This document shows, piece by piece, positions 1-11,227 of a DNA stretch of 32,000 bases. The position numbers and the translations under genes are program-made. The notes beneath the pieces were generated by a model that did not search any database, was not told the origin of the DNA, and was given only the letters and a program-made list of their open reading frames with translations. The stretch's first letter is position 1; each line of letters starts with the position of its first letter. Origin of the DNA: Wallemia ichthyophaga EXF-994 (Eukaryota > Fungi > Basidiomycota); the NCBI RefSeq assembly GCF_000400465.1, contig NW_008806293.1:92601-124600 (forward strand). Direction: 5' to 3'.

Positions 1-2
1 AG

Positions 3-234
3 GATGCGCGTAGAGAGATGGATCAACTGGTGGGGAACATCAAGGAAATGGAAGCAGAGGAGGAAGCAGGTGAGAGTGAGAAGAGAGAGCTGGAAAGGTT
101 GTTGGGTGTGGTGAGTGCGTGGTTTCGTGCGTGCTACAAGTCTAACACACGCTACACAGGTCGATAGCAGCACACAGAATATCCCTATAGATGAAATGCG
201 GGTTGTTCAAGCAGAAACAGAGCTTATGTTGTAA
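3..234 (+). CDS. 3' end of a gene entering from the left edge; acidic, coiled-coil-like C-terminus (...DARREMDQLVGNIKEMEAEEEAGESEKRELERLLGV/VDSSTQNIPIDEMRVVQAETELML*)
   Basis: Open frame 3-110, then a 49-nt intron 111-159 (GTGAGT...CTAAC...CAG, phase 0), then exon 160-234 ending TAA. Product not recognised. Confidence 0.7.
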
Positions 235-270
235 AATACATGTATTATTCCTCTATCCCATACCATCATC

Positions 271-2394
271 ATGCTTGATATCTGTGAAATAGTTCATAAG
301 GGTGGGTGAATGATATTAAGATATTACAATGCTTATCACTACCCAATTTTACAGGTGGTACTGTGCTCTGGTCACGCACTTACACTCCAGAAGCTGCACA
401 CGACGCAGAAAGCGCGCACTCACCGACAAACACGCTCATCAAAGAGGGAGTTATTGAAGGACGTTTAACCAGCTCACCGCACGACATAAACCAATACAGA
501 GTACACTGGGGATTGGAGAACAAGACCGATCTTATCTTTGTGATTGCATACTCGAAGATTATTCAACTGGGATGGGTGGATGAGCTACTCGAGACAGCCA
601 AAGCTCTATTCGTCAGTCTATTCAAACCCGTGATTGAGCATATCATTGCTGCTCTAAGCGGTGCTACTCCCGATGACGCTGTTAATCTCGACTTACCCGC
701 CATGTTCAAAGGCTGGGATGAGGTATTCGATCAGCTGGTAAATGATATCGATGTGCGTTGTTCTTCGTTGGCTGTACTTACACCCTCTCACAACTGCTCT
801 CACCAGAAAAAGAAGAATATTCGAGGAAAGTCTAGCAACGCTGGTGCGGCTACAAGAAACGCAACTTCAAATCAGAACAAATCAGGTATGCATATTCTAC
901 CATCACAGCCCAACTCTTCACTCACACAACCAAGCACCCACGCGTGACGAGCCTAAGGCCATTGATGCAGAGGAGATTTCCAAAAATGTCGAAGCAATGA
1001 AAAACAGAATCAAGTCTAAGAAGGCGCGTGGTGGAAAGAAGGTGGTGAAAGGTGAGACAATCAATGATACACCAGTCGATACAAAGAAGGGTAAAAAAGA
1101 AATGCGTTCATGGGGCGATAAAATATCTTCAAAACAGATGTCAGAATTAGATTATAGTAGTGGTGGTGCGGATGACGGGCTGGACGATAAACATGTCCAA
1201 ACACTCGTCTCAGATTCCTCCAAGGGTAGCCATGATGGTGAGGTGTACACGTTGGCAGAATATGCAAATGAGAAAGGCAGTGATGAAGATGACGATTTGT
1301 TAGATATTGAAATACCAGCACTCTCAGACACACCACAGAAAGGTACATCTTGGGGAATATTCTCATCACTCCCCTCTCTCAATGTGTTAAAAGGGAAGAA
1401 ACTCGACAAAAATACACTACAGCCAGTACTCAGCTCCATGTCGAGCTTACTGATGAAGAAAAATGTAGCATCAAGCGTTTCTGAACAGATATGCGATTCA
1501 GTCGAGCAACAGTTGGTCGGACGCACAATATCATCATTCAGTAGTATAAAAGGGGCAGTAAAGTCAGCGCTGACTACATCAATTACACGCGTACTCACAC
1601 CCAAGACATCCACCGATATACTCTACGAAATATCACAAAAGAAGAAGACGACGACTTCAAATGGGAAAACGACACCTTACAGTGTAGTATTTTGTGGTGT
1701 GAATGGAGTTGGGAAGTCAACAAATCTCTCCAAAGTTACGTATTGGTTATTAGAAAACAGGTACAAGGTGTTGATAGCGGCATGTGATACATTCCGTAGC
1801 GGGGCAGTTGAGCAACTACGTACGCACGTGTCTAATCTTAACAAGCTGAAACTGGGTAGTGGGGTAACTGCTCAAGTAGAGCTTTATGAGCGTGGCTATG
1901 GAAAAGATGCGAGTGGAATTGCACGTGATGCTTTGGGATATGGTGCGCAAAATGGATTCGATGTGGTATTGATAGATACTGCGGGAAGAATGCAAGATAA
2001 TGAACCACTTATGCGCGCACTGGCTAAACTCACCACCGTTAACGAGCCTGACAAGATAATTTTTGTAGGTGAGGCGTTGGTCGGGAATGAGGCGACGGAT
2101 CAGCTTGTTAAATTTGATCGTGCTCTTAAAGATCTCTCTAGCGGTGGTGGTAGTGGTGGTAGTGGCAGGGGAATTGATGGGATGTTACTCACCAAGTTTG
2201 ACACGATCGATGATAAAGTTGGCGCGGCTTTGAGTATGACATATATAACAGGCCAACCGATACTATTTGTGGGATGTGGACAAGTGGGTGAAGTGTATTA
2301 AAAAGACGCCAACTAACACCACATATAAAAGACATATACGGATCTAAGACAATTACGAGTGCAGCATATAGTAGATTCACTATTGAAGGCCTAG
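271..2394 (+). CDS. SRP101: Signal recognition particle receptor alpha subunit (longin-like SRX domain + NG GTPase), 5 exons
   Basis: Spliced model: 271-301, 355-752, 807-885, 935-2283, 2332-2394. It begins MLDICEIVHKGGTVLWSR and contains the SRP-GTPase motifs GVNGVGKST, ACDTFRSGAVEQL, DTAGRMQ, TKFDTIDDKVGA and GCGQTYTDLR. Confidence 0.95.
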
Positions 2395-2410
2395 GTTTAG
2401 GCCTAGGTTT
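2387..2410 (+). repeat. Perfect 12-bp tandem duplication (AGGCCTAGGTTT x2) spanning the SRP receptor stop codon
   Basis: Read directly: 2387-2398 and 2399-2410 are identical. The TAG stop at 2392-2394 lies in the first copy. Confidence 0.9.
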
Positions 2411-2482
2411 ATGCGCAGAGGAATTTTGTTAAGGATAATAAATTAGTACATGTCTATGTTGATAAGATAAAGAAGAAGCTAA

Positions 2483-3556
2483 CTAAGCAACTTTACGTTG
2501 ACCAGTATAACCGATACCAACGCAGCTAGCGATAACCTCATTTGATTGTTCTAGCTGTTTAATTTTGAAAGCTACGCCCATGGATTGATGTAAATCGCGT
2601 AAGAATTGGATGGAATGTGGAGTGAGAGATCCCATTCTACATCTACCAACGTCCTCACTACCTAAGGACATTAAAAGGAGAACCAACCACTGATGAGATG
2701 AGTCAATAGCGCCTTTGTTGGCGATTTCTTCCAAGAGAGCAGAAGAAGCACGTGTAGCGACATCTTCAGGGGTGGTACCAGGTAGGGAGACGGCTTCAGC
2801 GGAGTGTAAAGCACCAGTTGTAGATTCAGCTACAAGGGTCAGAGCGTAACCAGGAGATTTACCAGCTTCATCGCCTCTATAAATGTCAGTGTAGAGGTAG
2901 ATATCGGGGATGTATCTATTGAGTAAACCTCTACTAGCGTCAACCATTCTATTGGCGAGCTGAGGAGAGACTCTAACAGAGTGAGCAATACCGCGTATAC
3001 GTTTAATTTTACCTGGATCGAGGAAATTGAGGGATTTAATTTGACGGAGAGTGGGACATTTAAAGATGACAGTACCACCACCTAGAGGAGGAGAACCGCG
3101 CTTTTTAATGTTAAGTTCAAGGCCATCAGAGATGCCGAATAGGGAGAGATGCGGGAGGGAGACAGTGCGGAGAGAGTCAACGGAGATGTCGTTGGGATCA
3201 GAGGTTATACCGTGTAAAGTGAGATTTAAAGGGTGTTTAAGAAAAGGAGCTAAAACGAGGATAAATTCTAAGAACCAGCCAACAGACTTTGAAGAGCAGG
3301 AGTGGGATATGTTACCACCGGTGAGAGAACCAGGTTGATAGAGGATTGAAGTGCCTGTGTAGGATATTTCAACTTTTGAACCATTTGTTAGTTTTTCAAG
3401 GAGTCTTAAGAAACCAGCTTCGTAGTCAGTGATACCTGGATTAGAGTGGTTGCTACGAATGGAATCAATTCTAATTGGTTTAGAAAGGAGTGTAGAGATT
3501 ATTAGACGCTGCCTTAAGTGTATGTGAGAGTGAAAATTGATTAAATTATTTGGCAT
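2483..3556 (-). CDS. RCL1: RNA 3'-terminal phosphate cyclase-like protein (18S rRNA processing), single exon, 357 aa
   Basis: Recognisable Rcl1 segments: LRQRLIISTLLSKPIRIDSIR, ISYTGTSILYQPG, KKRGSPPLGGG, GKSPGYALTLVAES, PEDVA, GSEDVGR. Confidence 0.95.
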   Translation of the reverse strand: MPNNLINFHSHIHLRQRLIISTLLSKPIRIDSIRSNHSNPGITDYEAGFLRLLEKLTNGSKVEISYTGTSILYQPGSLTGGNISHSCSSKSVGWFLEFILVLAPFLKHPLNLTLHGITSDPNDISVDSLRTVSLPHLSLFGISDGLELNIKKRGSPPLGGGTVIFKCPTLRQIKSLNFLDPGKIKRIRGIAHSVRVSPQLANRMVDASRGLLNRYIPDIYLYTDIYRGDEAGKSPGYALTLVAESTTGALHSAEAVSLPGTTPEDVATRASSALLEEIANKGAIDSSHQWLVLLLMSLGSEDVGRCRMGSLTPHSIQFLRDLHQSMGVAFKIKQLEQSNEVIASCVGIGYTGQRKVA

Positions 3557-3593
3557 TTATTGTTGAGTGTTGACGGTGAGGATTATAAGGGGA

Positions 3594-4196
3594 ATGATAA
3601 ATAATTCAGATATAAATACAAATCAAGTAAAGGAATTAGTGGAATTGATTGGGAGGTTATCAGTGGAACTAAGTAATAATAGGCAATTATCTAAATCATT
3701 GGAATCCCAAGTTGATCAATTGAAAGACCAAGTTGTACACACAGTTAGTGGATTCACCCTTAGAAGATATAACACAGATATTTCAACTGAACAATTCGAG
3801 TTCGAGTGTGAAAAGTTTAACGCTGAATTGATTAAGGAGAACCAATTATTACAACTGGATAACAAGCAATTAACAAGCCTTGTCAAGGAATTTGAACAAG
3901 TTATTCATATCATTATGGATAAATTTAGACAAGAATCCTATTCAACTCAAGTACATGAACTTAACTTGATTAAACACTTCGAAACCATTATAGGTGAAAA
4001 TTTTGACAATTTTAGTAAAAATGAGATTAACAAGGAGATTGACTATAATAATCTATTCAATAAACTCAGTAATTTACTAATTAACTCAATTAGATCACTT
4101 GATGATGTTGAATTGTCTGATAAAGATGTTCAGATTATTCAATTAGAGAATGAGAATAAATTGTTGAGAGACCTATTAGGACTTGGTTTATCCTGA
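3594..4196 (+). CDS. Conserved-looking fungal coiled-coil protein, possibly SIKE/FGFR1OP2/Far3-like; intronless and very AT-rich
   Basis: The first ATG is at 3594 (the ORF-track start at 3567 is TTG). Heptad-rich 200-aa ORF containing LRRYNTDISTEQFEFECEKFNAELIKENQLLQLDNKQLTSLVKEFEQ. Family assignment is from memory of similar basidiomycete proteins. Confidence 0.6.
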   Translation: MINNSDINTNQVKELVELIGRLSVELSNNRQLSKSLESQVDQLKDQVVHTVSGFTLRRYNTDISTEQFEFECEKFNAELIKENQLLQLDNKQLTSLVKEFEQVIHIIMDKFRQESYSTQVHELNLIKHFETIIGENFDNFSKNEINKEIDYNNLFNKLSNLLINSIRSLDDVELSDKDVQIIQLENENKLLRDLLGLGLS

Positions 4197-4249
4197 GCAT
4201 TTTGTATTTAACAGTAACATACCCCTTATCCCTTTACGACCATCATCTA

Positions 4250-7200
4250 ATGTCTAAATTCAAAGTACCTGATACTCCTCTATCTTCCACTGCGACCAAT
4301 AGGTTAGCTGATTATAGGAGGAAGAGACAAGGTGGCTTACACCACCAACAACAACCAACGGCATCCACTTCAAACTCATTCAACGAATTCAAGAAACGCG
4401 CTAATAGAGATGATAACGATAATTATTCTAGGAAATATTCAAAGCCATCTTATACACCCAGTCGTACACCACTCCCTTCTTACTCTTGGGATTCAACACC
4501 TAGCCACTTCGCTCACTCAAAAGAATATCAAGAAGAGCAACTGAGATTGGATAGAGATTGGTATTCTCATTTGGGTGAAGAAGGTGGCGTCACTGGCGAC
4601 TCTGAACACAATCCCTTCTCTCAATACGACGATCTAGACACCTCCACTCAAACTACCCGCAAACAACGTTTATCCGCTAAACAGCACCAATTCAACAAAG
4701 ACAACGACGCTTGGGAGACTAACAGATTGGTTCAGTCTGGCTTACAATCTCGTCCTGACCTCGATTTCGACTTTGATGATGAAAATCAATCAAAAGTACA
4801 CGTCCTCGTACACGACCTCAAACCTCCCTTCTTAGACGGTAGAATGGTGTTTACTAAACAGTTAGACCCTATAAACCCTCTCAAAGATCCATCCTCCGAT
4901 TTAGCAGTCTTTGCACGCAAAGGTAGTTCTCTCGTACGCCAGAAACGCGCTCAAGCTGAAAGACAGCGTGTGAGTTTTCTAATTCAATTCATAATTCCTC
5001 CTAACTCCCAACCAGGCTGCTGCTGAAGTTGCTCAAGTCGGCGGCACTCAACTCGGTAACATCATCGGTGTCAAGTCTGACTCTGAAAAAGAACAAGAAG
5101 AGAAAGCAAATGACGATAGTAAAGATAAAAACACCTCGCAGTTTGCCGATCACATCAAATCTCAATCCTCCTTCAGCGGCAGTAAATCTATCTCCCAACA
5201 ACGCCAATATCTCCCTTCTTTTGCTTGCAGAGAGGAACTTATGAACACTATCCGCGAAAATCAGATCACTATCGTCATTGGTGAAACTGGTAGTGGTAAG
5301 ACTACCCAGCTGACGCAATTTCTAATGGAAGATGGCTACGGTGGTGATGGTTTGATTGGTTGTACCCAGCCACGTCGTGTAGCCGCGATGAGTGTCGCCA
5401 AGAGAGTTAGTGAGGAAGTCGGCTGTGAGCTGGGTGATAAGGTCGGATATGCTATTCGTTTTGAAGATTGCACTTCTCCTGGTACACAGATCAAGTACAT
5501 GACAGACGGTGTTCTCCTCAGGGAGAGTTTGAATGAGGGTGATTTAGACAAATATAGCGTAATTATTTTGGATGAGGCTCACGAGCGTAGTTTGTCCACT
5601 GACATATTGATGGGTTTACTTCGCAAGATTGTCACCAGAAGGAGGGATCTCAAGCTCATAGTCACCTCCGCCACCATGAACGCAATTAAATTTTCTTCCT
5701 TTTACGGCGACGCTCCATGCTATACCATTCCGGGACGTACTTTCCCCGTCGAGACCTTTTTTTCCAAGACGCCTATAGATGATTACGTCGATGGCGCCGT
5801 CAAGCAAGCGCTGCAGATCCATCTGACTCTCCCACCCGGTGACATACTAATTTTCATGACGGGTCAGGAGGATATCGAGACGACGTGCGCGGTGATTACT
5901 GAGCGTCTCGCCCAGCTAGACAACCCCGATCCACTGCTAGTGTTGCCAATATATTCGCAGATGCCAGCAGACCTACAGTCAAAGATATTCGAGCGGGCGA
6001 ATGAACGTAAGTGCATTGTCGCTACCAACATTGCCGAGACCTCTCTCACCGTCGATGGGATCATGTATGTCGTTGACAGCGGATACTCCAAGTTGAAAGT
6101 TTATAATCCGCGCGTAGGTATGGATGCGTTGCAGATAACGCCCGTTTCGCAAGCCAATGCAAATCAGCGCATGGGGAGAGCTGGTCGCACAGGGTCTGGG
6201 TACTGCTACAGACTGTATACCGAGTCAGCCTTCCGCAACGAGATGTTCGATAGCGCTATACCCGAGATTCAGCGCACTAACCTTAGCAACACCGTTCTTC
6301 TTCTTAAGTCGCTTGGCGTCGCCAGTCTGCTTGACTTCGATTTCATGGATCCGCCACCTCAGGAGAACTTGATACAGAGTGGGTGAAGTTGTTAGTAGTA
6401 CACTATGCAAATCTAACTAGAATTGAAATACAGGTCAGTATGAATTGTGGACGCTCAGCGCACTGGACAACACTGGACAGCTCACTCCACTCGGACGTAA
6501 GCTATCCGACTTCCCAATGTCGCCATCGCTCGCCAAGATACTAGTGATTAGCGTCGAGTATGGGTGTTCACAAGAGGTGCTTACGATAGTGTCAATGTTG
6601 TCCGTCCCTAGTGTTTTCTACCGCCCAAAGGAGCGTGCGGAAGAGAGTGACGGAGCGCGCGAGAAGTTTTTCGTTCCCGAATCTGACCATCTCACACTCC
6701 TACACGTGTATGCGCAATGGGTAGCTAACGGACACAGCGATGCGTGGAGTACGCGTCACTGGCTACACGGGCGCATACTCAAGAAAGCACAGGAAGTGCG
6801 TGCGCAGTTAGAGGACATCATGAAGACGCAGCGTTTACCCATTGTGTCGTGCGGGGTAGACTGGGATGTGATACGCAAGTGCATCACCGCTGGCTACTTC
6901 CATCAGGCCGTTCGGGTTAAAGGCATAGGTGAATATCAGAATATTCGCTCAGCTATGCCGTGTCACCTCCATCCCACCAGTGCGCTATACGGTCTCGGTT
7001 ATACTCCCGACTACTGCATCTACCATGAACTAGTACAGACTAGCAAGAGTTACATGCAGTGCGTTTCCGCTGTCGACCCTTACTGGCTCGCTGAACTCGG
7101 TGGTGTTTTCTATAGCGTCAAGGAGAAAGACGCGGCAGGTGGTAGTTCGAGTGGGACTATGGGTGACGATAAGAGAGTCACCAATAGAGAGTTCTCCCGC

Positions 7201-7368
7201 AAGGCTGAACTTGAGCTGCAGATGTCCGTCGATAGATCTAGAAGCGAAAAGGCGAAGACTGAAAAGAGAACTGTTGCGGCTACCCCTAGATCCTCCATCG
7301 CTACCCCTGGTTCAAGTAGTAGGCGCGGTTTCGGCAAGACACCCAGACAAAAAGGTAGACTTGTATAG
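4250..7368 (+). CDS. PRP16: Pre-mRNA splicing DEAH-box helicase Prp16/DHX38, 3 exons, about 1005 aa
   Basis: Exons 4250-4969, 5016-6378 and 6434-7368 total 3018 nt, in frame. Motifs [34 protein letters not shown] and QRMGRAGR. N-terminal LDRDWY and [10 protein letters not shown] segments are typical of Prp16. Confidence 0.93.
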
Positions 7369-8599
7369 CCTCCGCGTCAGCGTCACAATTATTTATTCGT
7401 CTTGCATTGCTCTTGTATTTCATAAATAGATCTAACACTCTTGTAGTTAGCAGTTATTCAATGTGCATTCCACACTAGAACGATCAACAGCTGAAAATTA
7501 TTAGAATAACATGCATGATAATATTCAAAATTAATCCATGTCTTCAAAATACTATTAAACGCTCGATTAAGATTATCTGAAGACCTAAGCAGATCTGGTT
7601 TGCAATGTACGCGTTCCGTTGTCCGTCTAGACTGCATGTTGAGTGAGTGGTAAAGACAAGTGCGGCATACCCCGCAACAACCTTGAAGCAGAGACATATT
7701 GCATCGTTTTGTAGCTGTTAGTTATGTGAGAAGGATGCAATCATCTTTATCGTGAATAACGCAGTGATGTGCTATGTACTTTTGCAGATAGATGTAAAAT
7801 GTTTCAAAGAGAATTGGTATTTTTTATAAAAAAAATTCCAATTGTAATGCCTTCTACGATTTCAACGCAACCCTAACCACTTTCACATCCTCTTTTCGAG
7901 ATCTCGAAATGCACCTGATTGAGTCAAAACCCCCGTTTTCAGAGTTGAGCTGACCCCTTTTTTTCTTTAAATGAGTTGTATTCATTAGGCTTGCAACTAT
8001 TTGTAATGTCAATACTTTTTTCCTGGTGCAAGCCTTGAGTCCTGCGGAAACTTGGTGTTGGAAAATATAAATCGCGATTATAGAGCCGACTAATTGACAA
8101 CTTAGGTGCTTCTGGCCTCCAACAGCTGCTTATGTCTATATATGTGTCGATAAAGCCCGTATAATTCTCCAATATTTATCCTATAGCGTGCTAGAAAGCA
8201 AAGTAGGATTGCAACCTCCGAACAGCCTACAGGGCGCAATATGATTCTCAGGGATATAATGCTGGTGAGATATCGTAGAGCTCCTTCTGGACTATTTATG
8301 AAGCTATTCTATTTAGAGATTATCAAAACTCGTAAATTAGCCATCAAAGATGAGATACGTGGTGGCCGAGAAATGTAACTCGGTGGATATTAAGCGAGTG
8401 GATGAGGTGGGGATGCATTTAAAGTCCTGAAGATGCTATGAAAAGATGGTGTTGCTAAATGTTCAACTTGTCAGTGAATGATATCTCTGCGTTAGTCTTC
8501 TCCCTTACGTGGTAATTTGCATAGTGATTTGAGCACGGTTGATTTAATTATTTGATTCATAAAGCTGTGAAATACAAAAAAAAATTTCAGTAAGCTATT

Positions 8600-11139
8600 T
8601 CAAAGCTTGGCAGACTTGTCGTTCGCGTCATATAGAGCATCAATTGTGGTTTTGTACTTGCTAGCCACTTCATTGCGCTTGACTTTAAGAGTAGGTGTGA
8701 GCAAGCCGTTATCGATGGTAAACTGGTCATTAGTTATGTGAACAGCCTTGATACGTTCGAAGCTGGAGGAGGTTAGTTAGGTCAGCATACAACACCTTCA
8801 CTCACCCTTTCAGCCCAGCATGGTTAGATGCTTTGTCGATCTCCGCCATAATCATACCACGCACTTTCTCGCTTGCAATTGCTGTGTCAAGAGCTTGGCG
8901 ATCGTTAGCGTCACAGCCTACCACAGAACCAAGTTCGAGAGGATCTGGGACGACCACGGCGACGAGATAAGATCTGAGGCTATCTGCGTGGATGCTGTGA
9001 CGCGTTAGCAAATTTCATAATCAAACACAATCTACCCACTAAAGCTGCATGACAGTCGGACACAACGCAAAAACACCCTCCAGCTTCTCAATGGCAATAT
9101 ATTCGCCCTGCGCCAGCTTAAATATGTTCTTTTTTCTGTCAATAAGCTTGAGACGGCCGTGGTTGTCGATTTGGCCAATGTCACCACTGATGAAGAAGCC
9201 ATCGTCGGTGAATGATTCTTTTGTCTTGTCAGAATCCTTGTAATACTCTCTCATCGAGCTCTTAGATCTGATGCAAATTTCCCCGCGTGGATATGGCCTA
9301 TCAGTTGAGAAGTAATTCATTTCGGGAACATCTACCAGCTTGATCTCGAAGCCTGGGTTCATATTTCCAACATATCCAGACGACAGAGGATCACTAGGAA
9401 TCGTTCTCGTGCAGATACACGTTTCAGTGAGACCGTAGCCTTCAATAATCGGGATGCACAGGCTGACTTTAAGCACGTCGAGCACTCGAGGACTGATTGG
9501 TGCCGAACCTGTAATTATCAACCTAATCTTGCCACCCAAAACTTGTCGAATCTTTAGTACGGGTTAGAGTTAAGCACAATGGACAATTATCACCCACCTT
9601 GTTAAATATGAGTTTGTCCCAGAGTAGATGGGTAGTGTCGGATGTTTTGTGCATCTTGTCGATCTTGGCAGCGACGGCGCGGGTGAGAAGAGACCCTTTT
9701 ACACCTGGAGTGTCCATTTGGTGCTTGATGCCGGCGTAGATTCTGCATTTGGATATTAGATGATCATGAAAGTGGTTGGTAGAAACAATGCTCACCTATT
9801 CAGAACTCTTGGTACGGTGACCATAAGTTCAGGCTGCATAATCTGCAAATCTTCCATCAAGCGGAGTATGTCGCCGGTAGTGTAAGCGATGGGCGCCAAC
9901 AACACCATGGCTATGAACTCGAGTGCTCTTTGCAGAACATGTGCGAGTGGCATGTAGCTTGCGAGCAGATGACCAACATATTCATCCATGCCTGTAGTCA
10001 AAGAAAGGATATTGTTGCACATGCTGCTATGTGTATGAACTGCGCCTTTTGGCCCTGTAAGGTGTTAGCTGTGGTATTAGAGCATCCAACCAAAACGCAC
10101 AACCCGTTGTTCCACTTCAAATGTGTCAGAATGATACACAACACTAGCGGGGTCACTCACGAAGTATACGAGATTGTTAAAACATCGGTAGGTTTTGGAG
10201 GAATGTGAGGGTGTTGGTGGATAGCTCCAAGCTCTTCAACTGGATCGTGTGTAAGATGAGCTATGCTTGTTCGCATTAGCACACACCTTGGGCCAGGCTA
10301 TAAAGTCTGACATTCAAATTCTTCGCCCAGAGTTTGAGCACGTCAGCGCGGCTGAGCTGGCCTGGTACGCGTGCGCCATCCTGGGGAGCACCCGGTTCGT
10401 CGAGACCATCGAGGACGATGACGGCTTCGACAGACGGGCAGTTGTGGAGAATCTTGTAAAGCTGAGGAAGATGGGAAGATGAAGTGAAAATGAGCCTATT
10501 TTCGCTGTGGTTGATGACATATTCAACGCTGTCATTGCCGAGGGTATCGTAGAGAGGAACAGAAATGCGCGAAAAAGCGTGTAAGCTGAGATCAGCGATT
10601 TGCCATTCTGGACAATTTTTGGACCACGTGCCAGCCGTCCAGCCAGAGAAGCAAGAGTCACCCAAATCGCCCTGCTTAACGAGCTGTGAGATGCCAGAGC
10701 CGAGATTTGTGCGGCGCTGGGCTATTTCATTGTATGATTGGTACTCGTAGTAGCGTTCAAAGCGTTGCTTATTAGGATTGTATGGTCGATGACCTAAGAA
10801 ATTCTTATCGCCAGCGTGTGCAGCTGAGTGCTGGAATAGATCGTAGATAGTCTCAACACCAAATTCTGGGCGTGGTTTCTCTCCCCAGATCGCTGGTGGC
10901 GGTTGATTAGCTGTGTGAATTGCTGGATCGGCGACGCTCACCGTCTTTGTAGATTGCTGTAGAATTTGCTGTAGCTGAACCAGGCGTAGGCTAGGATGTA
11001 TGAGCCCTGTGGTTTTTCTCACGACGCAGCGCTTACCGTTGCTTGGTGATTGACGTCTACTCTGCTGTAATACACGCTCAGCAAAGCAAATCAAAATCCT
11101 CTGCGGCACTCACAGCGGATATGATGTTGCCAGTGTCAT
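8600..11139 (-). CDS. Long-chain fatty acyl-CoA synthetase (AMP-binding, ACSL/Faa2-like), probably peroxisomal (C-terminal -SAKL), 11 exons
   Basis: ATG at 11139; ten introns of about 46-53 nt; stop at 8602-8600. Motifs YTSGTTGxPKG (split over three exons), SYMPLAHVLQR, TGSAP, IEGYGLTET, SGDIG, IDRKKNIFKLAQGEYIA and LLTPTLKVKR. Ends DKSAKL*, a PTS1-type tripeptide. Confidence 0.93.
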
Positions 11140-11227
11140 TTCCTATTTCTTTCTTGAATGCGCTTATTCAACGTTTAAGTTATCCGGTCTTTGTGGGGAA
11201 GCCGGCCGGTCCAAAATTATAATATTT

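Noticed and set aside
8350-8400. Minus-strand RVTFLGHHVS resembling the gypsy reverse-transcriptase 'V.FLGH.VS' motif
   Set aside because: The expected flanks (KC.F before, G...D..K after) are absent and no other RT, integrase or LTR signal is present; a short chance match.
10276-11109. 277-aa ORF track entry suggesting a long intron-free N-terminus for the acyl-CoA synthetase
   Set aside because: It starts at a GTG inside intron 1 and reads through introns by chance. The spliced model from ATG 11139 fits consensus splice signals.
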